Origin: Kineococcus radiotolerans SRS30216 = ATCC BAA-149 | GTDB taxonomy: Bacteria > Actinomycetota > Actinomycetes > Actinomycetales > Kineococcaceae | Assembly: GCF_000017305.1 (NCBI RefSeq) | Contig: NC_009806.1 | Coordinates: 150,001 to 182,000 of the forward strand | Direction of reading: 5' to 3' | Length of the DNA: 32,000 bases | Shown here: in pieces, positions 24,627 through 31,554 of the stretch | How positions within the stretch are numbered: position 1 is the first letter of the stretch | Layout: every line of letters starts with the position of its first letter | Notes under the pieces: generated by a model | What the model was told of the DNA's origin: nothing | What the model saw: the letters and a program-made list of their open reading frames with translations, nothing else | Databases searched by the model: none | Made by a program: the position numbers and the translations under genes

Positions 24627-24666
24627 GGGTGACGTCCTCCAACACCACAAACCATAGCACACTAGG
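24627..24666 (-). promoter_or_regulatory. Island promoter/leader cassette, copy G (degenerate hairpin loop)
   Basis: Minus strand CCTAGTGTGCTATGGTTTGTGGTGTTGGAGGAC is identical to copy F up to the loop. There ACAGCGAC is replaced by ACGTCAC. Confidence 0.6.
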
Positions 24667-24746
24667 CTAGAGGCCACTAGGCACATCCCGAACCGTCGAG
24701 GTGGGCGTGGGTTGTCGTCCCGGCGGGACCGCGAGCACCGCCTCGG

Positions 24747-25418
24747 TTACGCGCTGGAGCCGAGCAACGCGTCTGCCCGGCGGGCCGTCTCCACCTCACG
24801 CGCCCACGACGGCCAGGCTGAACTGCAGGCCGCGCACGACGGCATCCGACGGGCTGCGACCTCACGGAACGGGCGACCGACATGGCGGCCGCACTCGGTC
24901 AACGCATCCCCCACCCGCACCGCGTGCACGCGCGCTGGCTCCTCAGCGTGCTGGACGTAGCGCCAGGTCGGCAGGTCCGGCAGCAAGGCCACCAGACTCG
25001 CCGGATCCATTCTCCACGCCGCCAGACGCGCGAGCTGCTCCCCGATGCCCCCGGTTCCCGCCAGGGCGTCCAGGGCTCGCGGCCAGACGGCGCCCACCTT
25101 GCGGGCGTAGGCGCTCCCGGCCAGGACGATGACGTGGGCGGTGTCGAGCAGGTCGGCGCGCTTGGCCTGCTCCCGCACGATGCGCTCAGGAACCGCGATC
25201 GGAGAGTCCATGCGCAGCTCGTACGGGGCGACCTCGGCGTCGAGGGTCAGCAGGCCGTGCTTGGCGGACAGGATGCGAACGCGGTCCGCAGGGCCGACGG
25301 TCAGCGCCGTCGCCAGGCAGGCGCGGAAGTAGCTGCCGATGTAGAGGTCTCGCGCCGGCCTCAGAGAGTCCGCCTTCTTCCCTCCGCAGGGGATGATGAC
25401 GAGGGGCTGCGTGGTCAT
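24747..25418 (-). CDS. Hypothetical protein (223 aa) with an N-terminus resembling the DUF6884-type domain
   Basis: MTTQPLVIIPCGGKKADSLRPARDLYIGSYFRACL...ILSAKHGLL. The C-terminus has C...C..C. GAAGGAG lies upstream of the ATG at 25418. The family name is from memory and is tentative. Confidence 0.65.
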   Translation of the reverse strand: MTTQPLVIIPCGGKKADSLRPARDLYIGSYFRACLATALTVGPADRVRILSAKHGLLTLDAEVAPYELRMDSPIAVPERIVREQAKRADLLDTAHVIVLAGSAYARKVGAVWPRALDALAGTGGIGEQLARLAAWRMDPASLVALLPDLPTWRYVQHAEEPARVHAVRVGDALTECGRHVGRPFREVAARRMPSCAACSSAWPSWAREVETARRADALLGSSA

Positions 25419-25626
25419 GGGTCTCCTTCGTCTACCGGGCCCGGCTGCCGCCCCTTCAGGGCGGTACCTGGCACCGCGAGCGCGGGGTCGGTCCACCAGG
25501 CTGGTTCGTCTGCTGGTCCATCTGGCCGGTCTGCCCAGGCGAGGGCTTCATCTCTGCGAGCTGCTGCCAGCCGCGCGGTCCTGGCGAGGCGCTCGCCACT
25601 GTCTTGGGCGACTGGACCTGCTGTGG

Positions 25627-26001
25627 TCAGAGGTCGATGACGAGGCCATCGGGTTCGCCGGCGCTGTCGTACTTCGCCTTCGTAGCGAGCGGTTCGTCCA
25701 GAGCCTCGCCCAGGTCCACCGGCCCCAGGGCTGTGCCGTCGGAGAACTGCACGTGGCCGTTGCGGTCGTAGAAGTGGCCGTTGTCCCACTCCGTCGTCCA
25801 GAAGGTCACTCGTGTCGCGCTGGTTCCGGGGCGGGCGAGCAGATGCGCCTGCACCGGAGTCGAGGCGGCTACGGCAGTGCGGACGAGCTGCCCGAGCTTG
25901 GTGTCCAGACGGCGGGCCTGCTCGGCGTAGACGGCGCGGTCCAGGGCGTCAAGGTCGGCGTCGTCTAGGCCAGCAAGGGTGTCGATGAGAGGGCTGGTCA
26001 C
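25627..26001 (-). CDS. Hypothetical protein (124 aa)
   Basis: GTG at 26001 preceded by CAGGAGC. Only this C-terminal part of the 350-aa track ORF has protein-like composition. Confidence 0.6.
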   Translation of the reverse strand: MTSPLIDTLAGLDDADLDALDRAVYAEQARRLDTKLGQLVRTAVAASTPVQAHLLARPGTSATRVTFWTTEWDNGHFYDRNGHVQFSDGTALGPVDLGEALDEPLATKAKYDSAGEPDGLVIDL

Positions 26002-26060
26002 GGTGAGCTCCTGCTGGTGCTTGCGGGGTGGGGTGCTGTCGTGGGGTGGCGTCAGCTGGC

Positions 26061-26098
26061 GCCGGGTGCCGTCCGCCTCCTTGCGGGCGGCACCCGGC
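26061..26098 (-). terminator. GC-rich hairpin after the first gene of operon H
   Basis: GCCGGGTGCCG-T-CCGC-CTCCTT-GCGG-G-CGGCACCCGGC (11+4 bp), lying 5 nt downstream of the stop at 26103. Confidence 0.45.
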
Positions 26099-26102
26099 AG
26101 GG

Positions 26103-26747
26103 TCAGGCCGGCACGCCGCTGGCGGCGCGCACCCGACGGGCCAGCTCGATCAGCTCGTGCTGGCGCGCGGACAGTTCGGCGCCGTCGGCGCAGTCGGCCA
26201 GAGTGCGGATGATGCCCTCGACGTCGCAGGGGGTCAGGTCGACGGGCGTGGCCTGCTCGGCGGCCACCGCCTCCAGGCGTGCGGCCTGAGCGGCGTACCG
26301 GGCCGAGGGCAGTTCCCCGCGTCGCATGGACTCGTTCTCGGCTTCGAGCGTCACGTACCGGGCGGCCACCTCGCGCAGGCGGGCAGCTTCGGTGGCGGGC
26401 TCGTCCGTCGTGATGGTGCCGCCGTACGGGGCGTACCGCTCGTCCCACAGGTTGTAGCTGTAGGTGGACCAGGTGACCGTTGTGTGCTCGGCCAGGTCGG
26501 GGCGGTGCTCGGCCGAGGAGGCGGTGAAGACACGGTTGACGCGGTAGGTCTCGGTCAGGACGGCGTCGATGCGGGCACGGACGTAGTAGGCGCGGGGGGA
26601 GTCGGCGGGAACGGGGTGGCCGTTGATGGTGACGACCTCGACCTCGTAGGTGCCGGGCAGGATCGTGTACTTGTCCCACCAGGACGCGGTGGCGAGGGTG
26701 CGGTCCACGTACTCCGTCGCGGCGGGGATGGTCAGTGTGAGCGTCAT
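26103..26747 (-). CDS. Hypothetical protein (214 aa)
   Basis: CAGGAGGATCCCG lies before the ATG at 26747. First gene after copy H. Confidence 0.7.
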   Translation of the reverse strand: MTLTLTIPAATEYVDRTLATASWWDKYTILPGTYEVEVVTINGHPVPADSPRAYYVRARIDAVLTETYRVNRVFTASSAEHRPDLAEHTTVTWSTYSYNLWDERYAPYGGTITTDEPATEAARLREVAARYVTLEAENESMRRGELPSARYAAQAARLEAVAAEQATPVDLTPCDVEGIIRTLADCADGAELSARQHELIELARRVRAASGVPA

Positions 26748-26790
26748 CGGGATCCTCCTGGTCGGGGGTTCTGTGCGTCCTTCACGGCTT

Positions 26791-26808
26791 AAACCATAGC
26801 ACACTAGG
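26791..26808 (-). promoter_or_regulatory. Island promoter core, copy H (no canonical leader hairpin)
   Basis: Minus strand CCTAGTGTGCTATGGTTT. The leader is divergent. Confidence 0.55.
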
Positions 26809-26917
26809 CATGAGGTAGGTAGGTGGACTTGGTTCGTGCTTCTGGCGGGCGCGCCGGCTCGGTCGGCGCCTCAGGGGATGCGCGGAGGTGAGCTGGCTCC
26901 GGCGGACCCGCGCGTGT

Positions 26918-27106
26918 TCAGGTCGCCGGTTCGATGGCGGTGACGTTGTAGGAGGTGGTGCGAGAGCTGATTTCCTCGCCCGCCAGGTGCTGGTCGTCGG
27001 CTTCGTCCTCTGAGTCGGCCTCGACCTCGAAGACGATGACCTCGGATCTCTCGACGACGACGCGGTACTTCACGGGGGAACGCCCTTCACTGGAGGTGGC
27101 GGGCAC
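26918..27106 (-). CDS. Small acidic hypothetical protein (62 aa)
   Basis: VKYRVVVERSEVIVFEVEADSEDEADDQHLAGEE. Plausible beta-strand-rich acidic protein. Confidence 0.5.
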   Translation of the reverse strand: MPATSSEGRSPVKYRVVVERSEVIVFEVEADSEDEADDQHLAGEEISSRTTSYNVTAIEPAT

Positions 27107-27161
27107 CGTGGGTGGCGGTCCATGGCGCTCGCGGCCGACGTCGTGCGGGTGCTTGGGTGGC

Positions 27162-27195
27162 GGGTCGGGCGGCGGGGGGAGTCGCCGCCCGACCC
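27162..27195 (-). terminator. Perfect 13-bp GC-rich hairpin after the first gene of operon I
   Basis: GGGTCGGGCGGCG-GGGGGAGT-CGCCGCCCGACCC, between the stop at 27294 and the next start at 27106. Confidence 0.45.
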
Positions 27196-27293
27196 GTTCC
27201 GCCGTCCTTCAGCTGTCGGCGGTGGAAGGGGGGGCTTGGAGCGGGTGCACCGGGGACGGTGGTGCCGCCCCCGGCGCAGCAGTCGTGGGCTGG

Positions 27294-27680
27294 CTACAGC
27301 TCCCCGGCCAGCTGCGGCCGGTACTGGTAGGCCCCGCAGGCGGCGAGGCTCTCGAAGTCCTCACCGACGGCGTCGGCCAGGTGGTGCAGGCTGGCCAGGA
27401 GGTCGGTCAGGGCCGTCCCGAGGTCGACGTCGGCTCCGGTCTGCTCCCAGAATGCCCGGAGCGCTACCGCTGCCGCTCCGGCGCGCCGGGTGTTGTCGTG
27501 GGCGACGTCCTCGGCGCTCGTGCCGTTGCGGAAGCGTCCGTCGCCGTCGGCGAGGGTGAGCGCGGCGGTGAGGTCCGTCAGGTTCGCCTCGACGGTGAGG
27601 GGCAGGCTGGCGGGGGCGATGACGTCGGGGGTGACGTCAGGGGTGACGTGGGCAGCGGGAGTGGAAGTGGTGGTGGACAT
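27294..27680 (-). CDS. Hypothetical protein (128 aa)
   Basis: CCGGAGGTACCGGCC lies before the ATG at 27680. First gene after copy I. Confidence 0.7.
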   Translation of the reverse strand: MSTTTSTPAAHVTPDVTPDVIAPASLPLTVEANLTDLTAALTLADGDGRFRNGTSAEDVAHDNTRRAGAAAVALRAFWEQTGADVDLGTALTDLLASLHHLADAVGEDFESLAACGAYQYRPQLAGEL

Positions 27681-27705
27681 GGCCGGTACCTCCGGTGCTG
27701 GTTGG

Positions 27706-27761
27706 TCTCGTGGTGTCGACGGGGTCGCTGTCCCGCCAACACGAGAACCATAGCACACTAG
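27706..27761 (-). promoter_or_regulatory. Island promoter/leader cassette, copy I
   Basis: Minus strand CTAGTGTGCTATGGTTC, then an extended hairpin TCTCGTGTTGGCGGG / ACAGCGAC / CCCGTCGACACCACGAGA, then CAACCAG. Confidence 0.7.
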
Positions 27762-27837
27762 TAGCACGTGAGGAAGAGGTTGGCCTCGACGTCATGCGGT
27801 CACGCCGCTGCCGCGCCCGTGTGCGCGGAGGTGCACG

Positions 27838-28185
27838 TCACCGGCGCGAGATCGCCCGCACAGCGTCGGCCCGTCCCGCCTCAGTCGGCGCGCCCCAGTC
27901 GTAGGCCGGCAGAGCGGGCATGGTCTCCCCGTCGGCGTCGAAGTTGATCCAGTGGATGTCCTCGCCCAGGGAGCGGGCGTAACGGCTGACGGCGAGGAGG
28001 TTGGGGAAGCCCGCGGCCCGCATCGCCTCGTCGTGCTCCTCGACGTCGTCGTGCTGCACGTTCACGAAGAGCCCGTACTCGTGGGCGATGACGCGCGGGC
28101 CGTCGAGCTGGAAGACGGACTCAGCGGTGTCGACTTCGCGCTGGGTGAGGTGGCAGGTGGACAGGTCCAGGTACTTCGCGATCAC
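27838..28185 (-). CDS. Hypothetical protein (115 aa)
   Basis: MIAKYLDLSTCHLTQREVD...HEYGLFVNV...IHWINFDADGETMPALPAYDW. GGAGGAG lies upstream of the GTG. Loosely reminiscent of a mobile-element family (DUF5983-like), unverified. Confidence 0.65.
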   Translation of the reverse strand: MIAKYLDLSTCHLTQREVDTAESVFQLDGPRVIAHEYGLFVNVQHDDVEEHDEAMRAAGFPNLLAVSRYARSLGEDIHWINFDADGETMPALPAYDWGAPTEAGRADAVRAISRR

Positions 28186-28326
28186 GGGTGACTCCTCCGG
28201 CGAGGGCTGGGCAGGTGGTATGAGGGCTGGCGCACCCGTGGGGGCCCACAGGGCGCGGTGGGTCGAGGCAGGGAGGGGCGCCGCGTCGGGGCCGGCGCCC
28301 GCCTCCGGCGCTCCGGCAGGGGGGGC

Positions 28327-28632
28327 TCAGGACGTGCCCATCTCGGGGTACAGGCGGCGCACCTGGGCGTCGGCCCATGTGCGCCGGTCCTCGGCGTCGT
28401 CGGCCTCGTCGAGGGCGTAGGCCCAGTGCTCGGTGCCACGGGTCCGAAGCCCCGCGCGCACCGCGAGCTCGGCTCCGGCGCGGCTAATCTGGGCCTCAGG
28501 GCGCTCACCGTAGTCGGTGGCCGCGTCGTAGGACTCAGCGGCCAGGATGTTGACCAGGTCCAGGCGGTCCAGGGCTACCCGCACCTGAACCGTGACCATG
28601 TGGCGCCCATTGCGGCGCAGGGTGGGCTGCAT
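28327..28632 (-). CDS. Hypothetical protein (101 aa)
   Basis: GAGGAAGC lies before the ATG. Good codon bias. Confidence 0.6.
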   Translation of the reverse strand: MQPTLRRNGRHMVTVQVRVALDRLDLVNILAAESYDAATDYGERPEAQISRAGAELAVRAGLRTRGTEHWAYALDEADDAEDRRTWADAQVRRLYPEMGTS

Positions 28633-28708
28633 GCTTCCTCGTCTGGTCGGGGGCTGGTCCGCTAGCTGCTGGCGGTGTAGTGGACGGTCGAGAGCGTCGA
28701 GGTTGGGC

Positions 28709-29005
28709 TCAGCCGACCACCTCCCGCACGGGCACGTAGACGGCCAGGCCCCCGACGTGCAGGCTGGAGAAGGTGCCCTGTGCCATGGGCACCAGGCCGT
28801 CGTATCCCTGGGGGTACTGGGCCTTCAGCGCGAACGCCTCAGCCTCGGTGTAGCCGGGGAAAAGCACCCCGCCTGCCTTCTCGACCTTGCGGGCTTCTGC
28901 CGCGGTGACGGCCTGCGACTCGAGGCCGGCCTCGAAGGTGGTGTCGCCCTTGACGCCATAGGCGCTGTGCTGAGCGACGGTGTACTGGTCCTTGGCACTG
29001 CTCAT
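28709..29005 (-). CDS. Hypothetical protein (98 aa)
   Basis: ORF with good codon bias and GAGAGGA upstream. Confidence 0.6.
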   Translation of the reverse strand: MSSAKDQYTVAQHSAYGVKGDTTFEAGLESQAVTAAEARKVEKAGGVLFPGYTEAEAFALKAQYPQGYDGLVPMAQGTFSSLHVGGLAVYVPVREVVG

Positions 29006-29101
29006 GTGCTGCTGTCCTCTCGGGTGGTTGCGTGGGTTCGTTCTGCTGCCGCTGGCGGTCGGCGCCGGTGCGACCAGCTCGCGGTCTGCGGGCGGGCCGT
29101 G

Positions 29102-29341
29102 TCAGAGCCGGGTGAGCGAGCTGGTCGGGATGATCGTGACGTCGCCGTCGGCGCGGATGACGCGGGTGTGCGGGGTGAGGTTGGGGGTGCGCCGGGTGCA
29201 GCGGCGGGTGTGCTGGTGCCGCGAGAGGTAGGTGCTGTCGCTGGCGCAGCCGACGTACTCGACCCGGTCCGGGACGATGAACTTCTGGTCGGTGGCGATG
29301 GTGACCGTCTCGCCGGTGGTGGTCCAGGTGGCCTGTTCCAT
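29102..29341 (-). CDS. Hypothetical protein (79 aa)
   Basis: CACGGAGGCACCCG lies before the ATG. First gene after copy J. Confidence 0.6.
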   Translation of the reverse strand: MEQATWTTTGETVTIATDQKFIVPDRVEYVGCASDSTYLSRHQHTRRCTRRTPNLTPHTRVIRADGDVTIIPTSSLTRL

Positions 29342-29379
29342 CGGGTGCCTCCGTGTCGCGGTGCCTTCAACTTGTGGCT

Positions 29380-29396
29380 AAACCATAGCACACTAT
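29380..29396 (-). promoter_or_regulatory. Island promoter core, copy J (no canonical leader hairpin)
   Basis: Minus strand ATAGTGTGCTATGGTTT. It shares the upstream flank GTACATAGTGTGC with copy D. Confidence 0.55.
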
Positions 29397-29466
29397 GTAC
29401 GCGAGAGGTACACGGATCCCGTGACGTCGCATCCCAGAAGCCGCAGCGCACGGAGACGGCGCCGGA

Positions 29467-30051
29467 CTACAGCTCCAGAGCGGTGACACGAGCTCGGCGT
29501 CGACCGCGGTGATCGCGGTCGACGACCACCCGCAGCGCCATTGCCGTGAACCGAGCGCCTGTCCGCAGGATGACGGCCGCCTCGTAGACACCGGCCCCGA
29601 CGTGGTGCAGGTGCACGCTCTTGACGACCGGCGTCACCAGTCCCGCCATGGGCTGAGCGACCCCAGGAGCGCACAGCCGGCGCTCGCGGGCGGCCAGGAG
29701 CTGCTGACGCCGCGAGACCGTCTGGTAGACCTCCGGACTGCACCAGCGCAGGAGCTGCTGGCGGGGGCGGCGGCTGGCGAAGACCCCCAGGTAGACGATC
29801 ATCCATCGCCGCACCCAGTGCTCGACCTCTTCCATGTCCTGAGACGCCACGCCGGCCCCCGGTGGACGAGCAGGCGCCACGTCCATCGAGAGCACGAACT
29901 GCCCCTCGCACTGGGAAGCCTCGCCGAGCGGAGACCTCTCCTCACGAGGTGCTCTGCGGTGGACGTCGCTGAAGACGACCTGTCGGCTCTCCTCCCGCTG
30001 CTTGTCCTGCTGCCTGACGTACTGGCGAGCTGTGCTCTGGATCGTGTCCAC
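29467..30051 (-). CDS. Rv3235-like (DUF6459-type) actinobacterial protein
   Basis: The C-terminus VHLHHVGAGVYEAAVILRTGARFTAMALRVVVDRDHRGRRRARVTALEL matches the pattern I recall for the Rv3235 family. GGGAG lies upstream of the GTG. Confidence 0.65.
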   Translation of the reverse strand: MDTIQSTARQYVRQQDKQREESRQVVFSDVHRRAPREERSPLGEASQCEGQFVLSMDVAPARPPGAGVASQDMEEVEHWVRRWMIVYLGVFASRRPRQQLLRWCSPEVYQTVSRRQQLLAARERRLCAPGVAQPMAGLVTPVVKSVHLHHVGAGVYEAAVILRTGARFTAMALRVVVDRDHRGRRRARVTALEL

Positions 30052-30193
30052 GAGCTACTCCCTGGATCGGTTGGATCGGTGCCGAAGCCGGCTGTCTGGG
30101 GCGCGGCCCACGGCCGCGGAGCGGGCTGGAGAGCCACGCAGAGCCGTGAGGCCGGAAGCACGCGCCTCCTGGCCCCACGAGGGAGCGAGAAGG

Positions 30194-30682
30194 TCAGACC
30201 GCGGCGTGCGCGTCGCGCCGCTGGAAGGACCAGGTAGCGGCCTCGTCGTAGCCGGGGAGCCGGTTGATGGCGGCCCGCTCGATGGCAGCAACCCAGGTCG
30301 CCGCTCGGCTCGAGGCCCAGCCCGGGTGCTCGCAGCTCTGGTAGACGTAGCCGCGCGCGGCCTTCAGGATGGCGACGGTGACGTCAGCGCCCAGGCCGGC
30401 GAGCTCTGCGGGCCGCACCGGCTGCCAGCGGTAGGAGAAGACGAGCGCCGCGTACTCGGCGCGCTCGGAGTCCTCCATCGAGGAGTAGCGGTGCTGGACG
30501 CTGAGCACGTTCTCGGCCAGCAACTCCTGGCCCAGTGCATCGGCGCTGATGACGCGGGAGTCGAGGCACACAGTGTCGATGGGGTTCGTCCCCGGCGCGT
30601 GGTGGTAGGCGATGACCTGCCACTGGCGAGCGAAGGTCACCAGCAGGTCGATGTGGTCGTTCGACTGCACGTAGGCGCTCAC
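30194..30682 (-). CDS. Hypothetical protein (162 aa)
   Basis: AGAGGAGC lies upstream of the GTG at 30682. First gene after copy K. Confidence 0.7.
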   Translation of the reverse strand: MSAYVQSNDHIDLLVTFARQWQVIAYHHAPGTNPIDTVCLDSRVISADALGQELLAENVLSVQHRYSSMEDSERAEYAALVFSYRWQPVRPAELAGLGADVTVAILKAARGYVYQSCEHPGWASSRAATWVAAIERAAINRLPGYDEAATWSFQRRDAHAAV

Positions 30683-30709
30683 GGTGGTGCTCCTCTATCG
30701 GTACCGGTT

Positions 30710-30760
30710 GTGTGCTGGCCGGGTCGCTGTCCGTCCAACACTCAAACCATAGCACACTAG
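30710..30760 (-). promoter_or_regulatory. Island promoter/leader cassette, copy K
   Basis: Minus strand CTAGTGTGCTATGGTTT, then GTGTTGGACGG / ACAGCGAC / CCGGCCAGCACAC. Confidence 0.7.
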
Positions 30761-30793
30761 TAACGAGGTGGGGAAGGTGGTAGTTTCTCCGTC

Positions 30794-31321
30794 ATGAACT
30801 TCTCGGGTGACTACCTCGCCAGCCACTCACGGGAGCTGTGGGAGCAGAACGCGAACGACTGGCTCGGGTTCGAGCACTTCCCGCAACCGGTCATCGGATG
30901 CGAGCCGCCACCCACCGCCGACGAGGTGAGCCGACGTCTGGCGACGGCAGGCTTGCAGGTGGCGCGAGAGGTGCAGGAGCTCGTGGCGCTGCCCGCCGAC
31001 CAGCAGGAGGGAGGGGCTGCGCAGGCGTGCCGTGCTCGGTTGGAGAAGTTGCAGGCCGAGATGGCGATGCTGAGTGAGCTACGGGAGGAGATGGTGAGGG
31101 CGGGCGCTCCGTGGTTCACTCGCCACGACATCGTGGTGGGCGATGAGGTGCTGGCGGACGGTGCCTGGTGGGAGGTCGCCCGTGTGAACCAGAGATCGCT
31201 CCGGGTGTGCCCGCTCGATGCCCGGCCGTGGCGCTGGGTGCGGGGGATCGTGCTGGGTTCAGAGTTGGTCGACCTGGACCGGGTGCAGGCGCGTCGCACT
31301 GCGGCCCACTCGCCACGATGA
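30794..31321 (+). CDS. Hypothetical protein (175 aa) with a C-terminus resembling the DUF3560-type plasmid domain
   Basis: High G/C at third codon positions. FTRHDIVVGDEVLADGAWWEVARVNQRSLRV resembles the gD.V....g.W..V.RvN.KS.tv pattern (from memory, tentative). Confidence 0.7.
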   Translation: MNFSGDYLASHSRELWEQNANDWLGFEHFPQPVIGCEPPPTADEVSRRLATAGLQVAREVQELVALPADQQEGGAAQACRARLEKLQAEMAMLSELREEMVRAGAPWFTRHDIVVGDEVLADGAWWEVARVNQRSLRVCPLDARPWRWVRGIVLGSELVDLDRVQARRTAAHSPR

Positions 31322-31322
31322 A

Positions 31323-31348
31323 GACCCCCAGCGTGGCCTAGGGGGGTC
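31323..31348 (+). terminator. Hairpin immediately after the stop codon
   Basis: GACCCCC-(12 nt)-GGGGGTC followed by ACTGTTGTG. The large loop makes this a weak call. Confidence 0.3.
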
Positions 31349-31554
31349 ACTGTTGTGCTGGATGCGCTGAGGACGGCCAACGCGTGCCGTTCGGGCGGGG
31401 ACGCCCCGGTCAAACAGCGGCATGGCCCGCGGGGGTGGGGTCGACGCATACAGTAATGACGCCACTTACCCAGCGCTCCGAGGTGTGCCCGGGGCAATGA
31501 GGCGCTGGGATTGGAAGCGGACAGCGGGGGGTGAGTCCCACTACGCTCCGCGTC

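Noticed and set aside
25627-26679. N-terminal 226 aa of the 350-aa minus-strand ORF
   Set aside because: It overlaps the 26103-26747 gene out of frame and has R/P/G shadow composition. Only the segment from the GTG at 26001, which has an RBS, is kept.
8518-30760. The 11 repeated cassettes as a CRISPR array, integron attC/cassette array, or IS/MITE ends
   Set aside because: Spacing is 0.8-5.6 kb and filled with genes, so it is not a CRISPR array. The repeat sits 5' of operons, carries a -10 element and an SD-proximal leader, and lacks attC-type imperfect dyad structure. No integron integrase is present. All copies are in one orientation with no inverted partner or target-site duplication, so they are not transposon ends.
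8518-30760. Conserved peptides such as VLWFVVLEDSDPP and MVCxVGGQRPPI at the N-termini of track ORFs
   Set aside because: These are translations of the conserved non-coding cassette in two frames. The real starts lie downstream, each behind a GGAGG-type SD.
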